64,000 nt of DNA from assembly GCA_973851085.1 (NCBI GenBank), contig OZ316776.1, positions 6,324,001-6,388,000 on the forward strand. Direction: 5' to 3'. Position 1 is the stretch's first letter. Every line of letters starts with the position of its first letter. Shown here piece after piece: positions 13,501-27,100 of the stretch. Under the pieces are notes generated by a model. That model did not search any database. It had not been told where the DNA came from and saw nothing but the letters and a program-made list of their open reading frames with translations. The stretch is from Ptychomitrium polyphyllum. Lineage: Eukaryota. Made by a program: the position numbers and the translations under genes.

Positions 13501-14945
13501 ACTTGTACATGTATAAGACAACAACATATGGAGCTGTTGTAAAAGTTCATAGTGTGAAAGTTATCAACAGATATGAATAATATATTATCTAGAAAAATGG
13601 TGTAGAATGTCAAGAATCAATAGAATCAAGTCAAGTATTTCAATCAATAGAATCAATTTAAAACTAATATTATGGGTATATGTGATATTCTTAAATTGTA
13701 GTAGCAATCCACATTTACATTCTTGCAAGTTTGTTATATGTGCATCTCAAAGAAGGATATTTCTATATATAATAAATAGTCATTTAGAATACAACATATC
13801 AATTTTATTTTGTAAAGGACCTAAGATGCAGAAATTGATGATGTTGATTTTTAATTGAATTCTTAAAGTTTAAAGAATATTGTATGGATTTTTGCAAAAA
13901 TAGATATAATATCATCTTTCTTCATATTTAAAAACTGCTACATTTTTTTGATACAAATTAAATCTATCAAATAAAATTCTACATTTAATAAAATCCATAA
14001 AGTCATGTTTTTATCAAGTCATATACAAGTTCAAATCTACTCATTTCATTGCCATACATATATTCCTTCATTTCTTGATCCTTTTTGGCATTCGAACTTG
14101 TTTTAGCTAAGAATTATTTTAAAAAACAAATAAAAAGCATTAACTTATGAATTTGTTTTATTTCCAAATGATGTTGTTGGTGCTTTCTTATAACAATTCT
14201 AAAAAGACAACAGATTGTATTATAAAACCAAAAAGAAAATAACAGAGCATCAAATGATAGCTCAAATTAGAAGTGTAAGGAAATGGTCAATATATTAGTA
14301 AAAGTTAATATGCAACAAGATCAAAAAATATCTAAATTCCTTAGGTTTTCATAATACATGGTAGTCACTATTGTTTATTAGGACATTTCAGTAATCAAAG
14401 ATTTGGAAATATTTTTAAAGTCACATATTATTTGAAACACAAATTTCTAAAAAAAACTATACATTCTTCAAATGGTTGCAAGAAAGCTAAGGATGTGTAC
14501 ATTAATAAGATGAAATTTGAGCAATAATTGAATAAAGCAAAGCATATATAGAATCTAAGATATAGAGATCAAAATACTTTATAAAGATAAATAGTATCTG
14601 TAATCATTTTGAGATGTACAAGATAATGGAATAATTGTGTTTATTATAAATAGATTTAATCAAAAAGCAAAACATTCAAATATTACAAGACATATGTCTT
14701 AATGTTGTTGTGGTATGAATAAGGATTCCATACATAACAAATTGAATATCACAACCATTATCAACTTTGCAATAAATAAAACCAAACAAGAATGCATCAT
14801 AGGTTCATTAATAGGTGTTTTTTTAAAGTGATTATGGAGCATTATCATGGTAATGTTCTGGTAATTGAACAAACTAAAAAAACAACTATAGAAGTGATTA
14901 GAAGATTTATAGGCCAAATGTAATATGAACCCTATTTTAAATCAC

Positions 14946-15528
14946 TATTAGGGACACAAGAAACAAGAAGCAAAAACGAAGTGTTTTCCAAGAATTGGCT
15001 TCCAAACAACTAATGAGTAACAAGAACTTGATACAAAGACTAGAACAAGGCAGGATTCAAGATGATCCACAACTTGTGTTGGCAAGACTAAGGAATACCT
15101 TGTCTTGCCTCCTATTTATACTATGACGTTTAAATCTCCTAAAATACTTCTAAAGAAGCTTTCTACAAGGCTTAAGAATGTTCTGGAAGTCTCAGAAACC
15201 TTTCCAAGAAGTTTTCTAAGATGTTGGAACCTTCCTAAGAAGCTTCCAAGGAGTTAGAACTTTCCTTAGAAGTTTCCTAAGGTAGCAGAACCTTTTTAAG
15301 AAGTTTCCTAAAGTGATGGAATCTTTGTAGGAAGTTTCCTAAGAAGTTACATAAGATGATAGAACCTTCTTAGGAAGTTTCTTAAGCTGGAAGAACTTTC
15401 CTAAGAAGCTTCCTAAAAATATGAAAAGGCTATGAAGACATTTAAAGGTATTCTTAGAAGCTATTATAGTGTACTAGAAGGTTCTTGAATGTTCTAAGGA
15501 CTATGTTGCATGATCTATGTCCATGGGA
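14946..15528 (-). repeat. 3' LTR of A1
   Basis: Homologous to 29820-30538, 38774-39344 and 44739-45383; GGAAGTTTCCTAAG-rich U3 repeats. Confidence 0.85.
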
Positions 15529-16181
15529 TCTCCTCCTTATTTAGTGACAAGTCCTATGAAGAACTCTTTTTTTTGCTTGCTTGTTATATTTTTACAAATT
15601 CCAAAATTTGTAGAAGGAGTGAAGCAACATATTCTGCTTCTTGTTCTTTGTCCACTGGTTCAATTGGTCCTTGCAAGAAACAACAATGACCACCAACTAA
15701 GACTTCTATTGTTGAAATGTCCCATCTCAATATCTGATCTTGATAAGTCCTTCAAAACTTCCCCTAAACAAGGTTTCGGGTCCTCCAAGAGTGACTCTTC
15801 CAATTTCTAACAAGATGACTAGAGCGCAAGCATCTGAATTAAGACTGGAATGTAAAGAGCGACTAATCAATACTTCTGCACAAGGTTGTACTCGACGTTG
15901 GGATGTCCCTCTCATATCTTGACTTAGATCCTCTGTTACCAAGGGCTGAGAAAGTTGAGTTGGCTCAACAGATGCTGTTGTTGATGAAGGCATGGCCAAC
16001 TGCTCTTCACGCATATCCATGATAACACGAAGATTTGACATACTCGGTAGGATCTAGAAATGATCTATCTTGGAAATAACGCTGCATACAATTGGAGGTC
16101 TGGATATCTCTCCTCCCTTCTTATACTTGTCTACGAAGGAAAAACTTCTTTGTGAAGCTAACGGCTGCTGATAACACATCA

Positions 16182-19100
16182 TCACTGACCTGGTTTTTGA
16201 AGATATCTTTGATGAAATTTGCGTACCTTCTCGGATGCGTTTGTTACATTCGTTGAAGGTTCCCATGTTCGGTCATTGATGCCATATCCTTGCCAATGTA
16301 TAAGGTACTTTACACGTCCGTTCTTGATGCGTGAATCTAAGATCTCTTCCACTTCATATTCAATTTCATTATTGATTTCCAGCGGAGGAGGCGGAGGAAC
16401 AATTCTCTCTAGTATACATGATATTGTTATAGGTTTCCAACAACGATACGTGGAATACTGGATGAATTTTCATGCTTGGTGGTAGCTTTAGGCGATAACT
16501 AACCGGATTTATTTGTTTGCTGATTTCAAACGGTCCAAGCCTTTGATAGTCCAACTTCTTTGATGGTCTTTTTGTCTGTATATTTTGTCGTAGGAGCCAT
16601 ACGTTATCTCCAACCTTGAACTTTGGATGGTCCTTCCGATGGCGATCTGCATAAGTTTTGTAACGATCTTGAGCTTGTTGTAACTGGAAGGTAATTTCTT
16701 GATGGATTTTAGCAAGTTGAATTGCAAAATCCTCTGCTGCGGGACTTCCAACATGCTTCACTTGAAATGGATCTGTTCGAGGATGATGCCCATAGTTTGC
16801 AAGGAATGTACTTTGAGTTGTTGAAGAGTGCACCGTATTGTTGTAAGCAAATTCTGCCAAAGGCAAGAGGTCCATCCAGTTGTCTTGCTGGTAGTTTATG
16901 CTACAACGAAGGTACTGCTCCAAAATTTGATTCACACGTTCGGTTTGGCCATTAGTTTGTGGATGGTGTGATGAAGAAAGATTAATCTTTACATGCAACA
17001 GTTGGAATAGAGCCCTCCAAAAGTTGGAAATGAACTGCAGCCTTCGATTGGATACAATATCATCTGGTAGTCCATGTATGCAGTAGACGTGATTTAGAAA
17101 CAACTTGGCAGTTTCTTTTCTCGTTACCGTCTTGTTGCATAGAATGAGATGTGCCATTTTGGTCAATCGATCCACCACTACCAAAATAGAATCCTTAGAA
17201 TCGGAGTTTGGAAGGTCCGTGATAAAATCCATTGAAAAAGACAACCATTGTCGTGCACCTTTCCCTGAGGAGTGCCCACAACACTATAGGCACAAGGGGG
17301 ACCCCGAAGTAACGTCCGATACTTGTGGTGCCGATAGTGAGGAGAACCGAGTGGGCCTAACATGGGAAGGACCCCCAAGGGGAGAAACATCCTTGCCCAT
17401 GTAGATCGAGGGCCACGAGGGATAAATCATGGGCATTGAAGGAATCACGAAGAGCTGATTCTAGAATGCTAAGGATTGCCCAAATCGGACATGGGAGCTA
17501 AAAGTTATGGCACCCCAAAGTTGGGGTTGCCAAGGGGCTGTTCTGGAGTGTGGCAGCCCTACACAGTGACTGTGCTGCAGTGGGATAGTCCAGGGAGGGA
17601 CTCCCCGGGAGTTCCAAACCTTGGGAGAGGCGTATCTCCCACAATACTAACTCAAATCGGACGTTTGAGGAGTCTATCGGCATCTACGCGAAGAGTAGAT
17701 GATGATGGACTAGTTGCTCGATACATTCAAGCACCAAATGAGGAAGATATGACGCCCTGAAGGTCCGCTGGGAGTCCCGGAGGCTTCCAGCGGCTAAGTC
17801 CCAAGGGGGATTGGGTGGTCTTCCAAAACTCTAGGTGTGTTGGAGTTCAGGTAGCTCCAGCGGGCCAGGGGGCCTGCCAAATCCCACAGAGAGTACTATA
17901 AGGGAGGGCTGGTCCCCCTCCCCACTCCCCTAGTGTCCCGATAGAGACCAAGGGTGAGTCCCGGTTGGTGGAGCTAGTGTTGGGGCTTCACCACGGGGAC
18001 TCCCATACCATTGTGAGCCGGTGGACGGTCAGTTTCACGAAGGGAACTAGCACGTTCAAAAGGGTACGCTTGTTACCACTAAATTGGGGTGGTGTCTTCA
18101 CACCGGCACCATGATGGCCCGGGGTGATCTTAGGATCACTTGGGCATCATGAGTGGTGGTGAGGAGACACCACTAAGTGTGGTTAGGCCGTGTGGAATGG
18201 GAGTAACACCAAATGAGGCCTTGGACATGAATGGAAGTCCGCACCTAACCATTGGCTATTAATAAATTGGGTGTCCTAAGAGAAATGGTAGAAAGACTTG
18301 AAAACTGAGAATGGAGGTTAACCATGTGCATGTAGGGGTGTACAAGGTTGACGCGCGTGACGCTTGCTAAGGTGCATTGCAAGGGTTGCGACAACCATGG
18401 GCCCTTTGGCACTGGAAGCGGATGGAGGAGACTATGAGGTTGGTGTCTTGGTACCTTGACTCTTGCTCAAGTGTCGCATGATCGAACAAAGTCCTTCACG
18501 TACTTCCACATTTGTGACCACTAATAATCTCTAACAATTCACTCCATTATTTTGTTGAATTTTAAATGTCATGTTGTTGGAAAATCATGACATGCTTGAA
18601 GGATCTTCAATTGCAAAGGATCTGGAGGTAGGTATAAAAGTACTTTATAATAAAGTAGGCCCTCTTGGAATTCAAAGTCCTTATCGCTATTTGAAGGATC
18701 TCCATTGTTTTTGAGGCGCTTCTTTATATTTGAAACAAAGACATCATTCTTCAAAGCCTTCTGAATTTCTTCAAGATGGGATGTTGTCATAAAAATGGCT
18801 GCTTTCAATTGAAGATTCTTAGGCTTCAATAATACAGTCCTTTGTTGATTTAAAACATCATCTCTAGGTTGAGGAGTTAAATAAGATCTTCAAGATAAGG
18901 CATCTGGCTTACCTTGTAAGCTACCAAATCGATAGGTAATGACAAAGTCAAATCTGGAAAGCGACATACTCCACCTTGCTTGACGATGATTCAAAATAAG
19001 CGCATTCATGAAATACTCCAAGTTCTTGTGGTCTGTGTATATTGTGATGGTATATTCAGCTCTTTCCAATAAGTGTCGCCATTCCTCAAACACATCCACA

Positions 19101-20840
19101 ATTGCAAATAGTTCATTATCATGTATATCATAGTTGATCTGTGCCACTGAGAACTTCTTGAACAAAAGGCAAGAGGGTGAAGTCTCCCGTCATCATCATA
19201 TTTTGAGAATATTGAGCCAAGCGCAAAATTTGAGGCATCCGCTTCCAAATAAAAAGGCTTTGATGAATTTGGATGAATAAGAATTGGAGCCGACGTGAAT
19301 GACTTCTTAAGATTTTGAAATGCTTTTTCCGCCTCTTTATCTCAAATGAATTTTTGCTTCCCCGTAAGACGTGTTAACGGTTTTGCAATCTTGGAATAAT
19401 CTTTGATGAATATCCTATAAAAGTTTGCAAATCCCAAGAAGCATTGAACATCTCGAATTAATTAAAACTTACTCCACTCCATGATTGTGCTTATTTTCTT
19501 CTTATCTATATGGATTCTTCTTTTGGAAATGATTTAGCCTAAAAATTCAATTGAAGATTCATGGAAAAGGCACTTCTCCAATTTGGCGTATAATCCTCGT
19601 TGGCGTAATTTTTCTAAGACCATTTGCACATGACATTTGTGGTCTTGTTCATCTTTTGAATATATCAAAATATCATCTAAGTAGATGACTACAAAGTCAT
19701 CCAGATATTCATGGAAGATATCATTCATCATATGTTGAAAGACTGCGGGGGCATTAGTAAGGCCAAAAGGCATGACATTGTATTCAAAATGACCATACCT
19801 AGATCGAAAAGCTGTCTTCCATTCGTCTCCTTCTTTGATGCGTATAAGATTGTAGGCTCCTCTAAGATCAATTTTGGTGAATATCTTTGCTTGGCCAAGT
19901 TGTTGTAGGAGTCCTGAGATTAATGGTAATGGATAGCGATTCTTTTTTGTTACTTTGTTGAGGCCTCAATAGTCCGCGCAGATTCGTAATGCTCCACCTT
20001 TCTTCTTTACAAATAGATTGGGTGTTCCAGCAGATGATTTAGAATGTTGATTGAAACCCTTTCCAAGGTTTTCATCAATATATTCTCTCAAGGTTGTCAA
20101 CTCGGTTTGTGATAACCTATAAATAGGTCCAAAAGGTGGTTGGGTTCTTTCTTGCAACTCAATGGTACAATTGTAAGGCCGGTGCTTTGGTAACATATCC
20201 GCATTCTTCTTTTCAAAAACGTCTTTGTAATTTTGATATTGACAAGGTATGTTTTGATTAGTCTCTTTTATAGAGCTAGACATTAGCGTGGCATAAATGG
20301 CATAAATTGATTCTTCTTTTGCCGCTCTGATAAATGCTTTAGCTCCAATAAATGATGGTTTAAGATTTATCGTACCTTGATGTCTTTTTTTTGAGACCAC
20401 ACTCCGTGAGCGCCAATTAGTGTCTGGATTATGTCATTCAAACCAAAGAAGGCCCAAAACAATAAAATTTGTTTGGCATTGAATGATGTGGAAGACAACC
20501 TTAGATGCTTAGTTTCCTAAAACAACCTCCAAGGCTTGAGTTTCTTCAATAATGTTGCCAAACGCAAGAAATCGTCCATCAATAACTTCAACAGATGCGA
20601 GATATTTTTTGTTCACAAATACCATGTGAAATTTGGTTGCAAAATCATCTATGAAACATGCCGTTGCACTAGTGTCTAAAAGAACTTCACTAATTATTTC
20701 ATTATCTAATAATTTAATTTTGATAGGAAATGTAAAAGAAGAGGTAGGACTTGAAGGTAGTAAGAGACCTTAATATAATGGTCTTTTCCTTGTGGTGTTT
20801 AGTTGCATGGTCCCTACTGAGACTGGACAGTCTTGTTTTT
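16182..20840 (-). pseudogene. pol: A1 pol (PR, RT, RNase H, integrase, chromodomain), interrupted by solo LTR 17249-18393
   Basis: [48 protein letters not shown]; chromodomain YEVEEILDSR..YLIHWQGY..TWEP ending at TGA 16184-16182. Confidence 0.9.
17249..18393 (+). mobile_element. Solo LTR of family B inserted in the A1 integrase
   Basis: TGTCG...CGACA ends, perfect TSD ACCAT (17244-17248 / 18394-18398); the empty site is visible in A2 near 41061. Confidence 0.93.
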
Positions 20841-21165
20841 CAATTCTACCATTGTGTTTTGAGCCTTAAAGGCAGATCCTTTGATTTGGCAATCGCGCAC
20901 TTTATGACCAAATTTGCCACAATACAAACATAAGTTTTCTCTTCAACGCCTTTCTTTTTTTTCTCGAGTCAATAGTCTAAATTAGGCAGCATCAATTTGC
21001 ATAGGTTTTGGTCCTTGTGGTCAACTTTCCAATATTCTTGAAAAAGTGATAGCCATGCTTTGATAAACTGGTCGCCGTCCCAACATTGTTCTTGGCGCCT
21101 CTCAAATAGTCTATTGTAAAATACTATTACTTGAGTGATGAATTCGTCCAATGTTTAAACTCTTG

Positions 21166-24100
21166 TGTCGCAACCCTTATAATGCGCCTTAGCAAGCGTC
21201 ACACGCGTCAATCCTGTACACCCCCATATGAACATGGTTAACCCCCATTCTCACTCTCCAAGTCTTTCTACCATTTCTCTTATGACACCCAATTGATTGG
21301 TAGCCAATGGTAACGTGCGGACTTCCATTCATGTTTAAGGCCTCACTTGGTGTTACTCCCATTCCACACGGCCTAACCGTACTTAGTGGTGTCTCCTCAC
21401 CACCACTCATGATCCCCATGTGATCTTAAGATCATCCCGGGCCATCATGGTGCCGACGTGAATGCACCACCCCAACTTAGCGGTAACAAACGTGCCCACT
21501 TGATCTCACTAGTTTCCTTTGTGAAACTGGCCGTCCACCGGCTCACAATGGTGTGGGAGTCCCCGTGGTGAAGCCCCAACACTAGCTCCACCAACCGGGA
21601 CTCATCCTTGGTTCCTACCGGGACACTAGGGGAGTGGGGAGGAGAACAAGCCTTCCCTTATAGTACTGTCTGTGGAATTCGACAGGCCCCTTGGCCCTCT
21701 GTAGCTAATTGAATCCCGACACATCCAAACTTTTGGAAGACCATCCGATTTCCCTTGGGACTTAGCCGCTGGAAGCCTCCGGGACTCCCAGCGGACCTTC
21801 AAGGAGCCATATCTTCCACGTCCAGTACCCAAATGTATCGAGCAACCATTATATCGTCATCTAATGTTGGTGTAGATGCCGAAAGACTCCTCAAACATCC
21901 AATTTGAGTTAGTATTGTGGGAGATATGCCTCTCCCAAGGTTCGGAGCTCCCGGGGAGTCCCTCCCTGGACTGTCCCACTCCAGTATAGTCACTATGTAG
22001 GACTGCCACAGTCCAAAACAGCCCCTTAGCAATCCCAACTTTGGGATGCCATATCTTTTAGCTCCCTTGTTCGATTTGAGCAATCTTTAGCATTCTAAAA
22101 TCAACTCGTTGTAAATACTTCAATGCCTATAATTTAAACCTCGTGGCCCTCGGTCTACATGGGCAAGGATGTTTCTCCCCTTTGGGGTCCTTCCTACGTT
22201 AGGCCCACTCGGTTCTCTTCACTATCGGCGCCACAAATCCCGGATGCCACTTTGCGGTCTCCTTTGTGCCTTTAGTGTTGCGGGCACTTCTATAGAAGAG
22301 AAGCGCGACACTCACCTCCACCTTCATGGAGTCGATGCCCTCATCGACTATACTGGTAGTCGGCACAGCAATTCCAAGGTTGCCATCTTCTAGTGCTGCA
22401 GCATTGTATTTCATTCAAGGTGCGACCCCCACAATGCACTTATAAATCTTTGGCAAAGTCTCATAGGTGTCGTTTAGGAGGTGGTTTATTTAGGCACCCT
22501 AGCCAAAATTCTTGGGGCCCTAAACTACTCTAGACCTACCTACTTTGAAACCCTCATAGGATAGACTTCCCAATTAGGCTACACTTCCCTAATTCAACCT
22601 TCTTGACTAGGGTGGACCTCAACGCTCCACCAAGTTGTCTTGGTTGCAAACCCAAGGTGGCTTTTATTCCACGACTCGATCGCACGGGGGTAATGCCAAG
22701 TTCCGCCCAACCTGGATTCTACTATCTCTATTGAGACATGGGTTCATGACTCCCATGCACTAACTTTTGTTAGTTTGTAGAAGTGGCGCTTTTATGAGCA
22801 CGCGCCATTACCTTGTCCTCGTCCGGACAAGCCCGAGGCAAGGAGGTTTCATGATTTTAACCATTCTTCCTCCCCGCCTTGGTCCCCATTACTCGCCCTT
22901 CCCAACTTGGTTTCACATGTCTATTCCCCCTCTTCTACCAACTTAGAACAAGCACAAGACTAGGACGTCATCTTATACTCTTCTCTTTGCACACACAAAA
23001 GTTGAATTTTATTGCCATAAGTCAAAGAACCAATACATGATGTAAAGAAGTTACTGCTACAAGCCTCTCTCCCCCTACTAAAAGAGATTGATGTCCTCAT
23101 CAATGCCGACGTTGTCTTTCGTTGGAGTTCCTATCCCTTTCAAAGCGCTCCACCACTTCATTGGCATTTCCCAAGTCCTTGGCTGCTACCCAAGTTGCTT
23201 CCTTTTCATGGTACCCTCTCCACTTCACCAAATACTCTTTTCCTACTTTCTTCTAGTGCCTACACTTGAGAATTCCTTCTACTTCGTATTCCAAGTGGTC
23301 GCCCTCCAATTCCGGCGGTGGCCAAATCTTTTGCTTCCAATTGAGCCACAAGGTATCTTTTTTGAATGGCTTAAGGAGTGAGACATGAAATGTTGGGTGC
23401 ACTTCGATTTCCGGTGGTAGTTCCAACTTGTACACATCTTTAAACACCTCGTCCACAATGGAAAAAGGCCTCACAAATTTGGACATGAACTTTGGAGTGA
23501 GGCCTTCGGGCAGGCTAAAGTTCTTCACATTCAACAACACCTTTTGGCCTACTTCATACTCCACTTCACGTCTTCCAGCATTGACTTGTTTCTTGTACCG
23601 CTTTTGTGCCTTTTTCACTAAAAGCGTGGTCTTCTCCAACATTTGTTCCCGCTTGTTGGCCAAGTCCTCACTATCTTGGTTAAACTCTAGTGTTGAATGT
23701 GCACCTTGGAGAGCTAAGTCGGCAGGCTGGAGTGGCTCCACTCCATAGGCCACCTTAAATGGCGATTGCTTTGTTGCCGAATGATTGGCCGCATTGTAAT
23801 TGAGCTCTACTAGGCTCACATAATCCACCCAATCGCACTAGTCCGCATTCACAAAGTTCTTCAAGTATTGGTTCAAGACTTCGTTCACTCGTTCCATTTG
23901 CCCATCCGTTTGAGGATGGAAGGCAGTGCTAAAAGTCAATTTGGTTCCAACTTTCCTAAAGAAATGTTTCCAAAAAACACTAGTGAATTTTGGATCTCGG
24001 TCCGACACAATCATTCTCGGCAACCCATGATGTTTCCACCATGCATCAAGGAATAGCTTTGCGGTCTCATGTGCAGTTATGGTTCCTCTAGTTGGCACCA

Positions 24101-27100
24101 TGTGCACCAACTTGCTAAAGCAATCCACCATTACAAAGATGGCATCATGCCCTTGTGAATCTAGAAGACTTGGATACGCTATGCCATGGACTCGGTGGAA
24201 TTGGCAAAGGTTGTAGTAGGCCGGCTTGCTTTTGATAAGAGGCTCTATTGAGTTGGCACTTCACACAAGTTTTCACAAAGTCGGTGATGTCCGCTTTCAT
24301 GCCCGGCCAATAGTACCTTCTTGACACCGCCGCTATGGTGGTCTTTTCCCCTCTATGGCCGGCTATGGGACTATCATGTTCTTCTGTCAAAACCAACAAC
24401 CGTAGTTTTCCTTGAGGCACATACACCCGACTTTGTTTGTACTTGAGCAATCCCTTCTCCAACTTAATTTCCTTAAGTTTCTTACCCTTCTTAAGCTCGC
24501 CGACAAGCCTTTGTGCTTCGAAGTCTTTCATGTACCCCTCTCTTATCTTCCTTTCCAAATTGCCTTTTCCCTTGTACATTACTCGCAGGACTTGGGTTGT
24601 GCCCATCGCTTGCAACTCCTCCTGCCTATTTAGAGCATCCGGCACTACATTGTCACGCCCCGGCTTGTGGATCAAATCCACATTCATGAGTGCCAAGGTG
24701 TCATGCCACCTCAATTGTTTTGCTCTCATTTGTGCCTGCAACTCAAAGTACTTCAAGGACACGTTGTCCGTGTAGACTTTGGTTTTATGTAGGCCCAAGT
24801 AGTGCCGCCATGTTGTCAAACAATGCACTACAGCAAAGAGTTCTTTCTCGTGCGTGGGCCACCTCTTCTGGCACCCATCCAACTTCTTGCTCTCATAGGC
24901 AATTGGCATGCCTTCTTGCATGAGCACTCCGCCAATGGCAAAGTCACTTGCATCCGTGTAGACCTCAAAGGGCTTTTCAAACTCAGGAAACTTCAATACC
25001 GGCGGTTGTGATAACTTATCCTTGAGTTCTTTAAAAGCTTGGTGACAAAATCCATCCCATACTTGGCTAGCTCCTTTCTTCAACAAGTCGGACAAAGGTC
25101 TAGCAATTTTGGAGAAGTTGCGTATGAACCTCCTATAATAATTTGCTAGGCCGAGAAATGATCTCAGCCCCTTTTGTGTAGAAGGTTGTTTCCACTCTCT
25201 AGTTGCCTTTATCTTCCTTATGTCCGGCTTGATTCCATCATCCGTCACTATATGGCCCAAGAACTCAATCTCAAGTTGAGCAAACTCAGTCTTTTCTCCG
25301 TTGGCATAAAGTTTGTGGTCCCTAAGTTTTTGAAGCACCACTTCGAGGTGCCTTGCATGTTCTTCTGCCGACTTGGAGTACACCAAGATGTCATCAATAT
25401 AAACAATGACAAAGTCATCCATCTCTTCTTGAAAGATGGTATCCAAGAGGGTCGTGAACGTCAAAGGAGCATTACACAACCCGAGTGGCATCACCAAAAA
25501 TTCATAGGACCCATACCTAGTGCGGCATGCGGTCTTTGGCACATCTTCATCCGCAATGCGGATTTGATAGTAGCCCGACTTTAAGTCTATCCGACTAAAG
25601 TATTTAGCTCCCGCCAGTCTATTAAAGAGGTCATCAATGCGAGGCAAAGGATAATTGTTCTTGATGGTGGCTCTATTCAAGGCTCTATACTCGACACACA
25701 TGCGAAGTTTGTCATCCTTTTTGTCTACGAAGAAGACCGGTGCTCCATATGGCGACTTACTTGGCCTAACATAGCCTCTTTCCAACAAGTCATTCAATTG
25801 CTTCTTCAACTCCTCTAGCTTTTTTTGGTTCAACCGGTATAGAGCCTTCTAAGGGGGCTCCGTTCCCGGTATCACTTCAATTTTGTGATCCACTTCTCTT
25901 CTTGGCGGTAACTCTGCGGGCAGCTCATTGGTGAGCACATCCTTGTAATCACTTAGTACATTTTGCATGCACTTGGAAATAGTCCTAATCTCCTTGGCAC
26001 TTGGCCTATTCCCTTTGTCTTGCTCCATTCGCATCACAATCATAAATTGATTATTCTCTAATTGTTCTAAGAAAACTAAGTTCAACTTTCCTCCCGCAAC
26101 CATAGGAGTCCTAGTCAACTTCAATATTGCCTCCTTTCCACCAGGGCGCACTACTAACCGTGCTAGCTTTTGCTTCACATCCACCACATGAATTTCAAAA
26201 AAGGCATCACCTAAAATGAGGTCTATTTCATCCATCTCACATAGTGTAAAACTTTCCTTCAACTCCAATGTTCCACTGCTTAAGGCCACATCCAACACCA
26301 CCTCCTTTGTCTCGTATGGTTTGCCTTTTGCAAATCGCACGTTGATGGGCTTGCTAGCTTTTTGAGCCAACAAGTCCAACTCCCTTGCTAGCTTGGGACT
26401 CATGAAGGAGTGCGTTGCCCCTGTGTCAATCAAACATGAGACATTTTTGCCATTTATTTGAACCTCAAGGTATAAGAGACTCGACCTTGGCTTAAGGCTA
26501 GTAGCCTTGGCCACAAATCCACCTTCTAAAATGTGATCCACAACACAAGTGTGACAAGCTTTGGTACTCACCTTTTTATCGGGGCACTCCGCAATGAAGT
26601 GACTAATCTTGCCACACCCGTGGCAACACTTGTGCTTCACCTCAGCACTCTTATCTCCCGATTAGAATGGTTTTCTCTCATGATGGTCCACTTTGTTGTA
26701 GGCCCTTCCATCTACTTGTCCCTTGTGTTTGTTTCCAAAGCCAAATTTCTTGCGTTCTCCGCCGCAAGATATATTTCGGCTCAATCCACTTTGTTGAGAG
26801 GGACCACTTGGTTTTCTTTTGGGTCCGTCAGCTTCAATTCTTTCCGCGATCTTAATGATTCCCGCCACGTCCTCCGGAAGCTTTGGAAATTTGAACAAGG
26901 CGTTCACCACCCACTTTTGAAGCCCACCTAAAAAGATGCATTTTTTTGAAAACTCATCCATTTTGAATGTGGCATTCATTTGGGTGTTGAAATCTTGCAC
27001 ATAAGTCTTGAGCAACCCGTGTGCCTCATTTGCACCAAGTTCATGCCCTCCCTCAAATCTTGGTATTCCAAAGTGAAGCGTTCACTCAAAATCTCTTTAA

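Noticed and set aside
15160..15420. CRISPR-like regularly spaced palindromic repeats
   Set aside because: No unique spacers; these are LTR U3 tandem repeats in eukaryotic DNA.
21626..22083. Recurrent 68-94 aa ORFs in family B LTRs
   Set aside because: They recur because the LTR is repeated; most use non-ATG starts and their starts and stops vary between copies.
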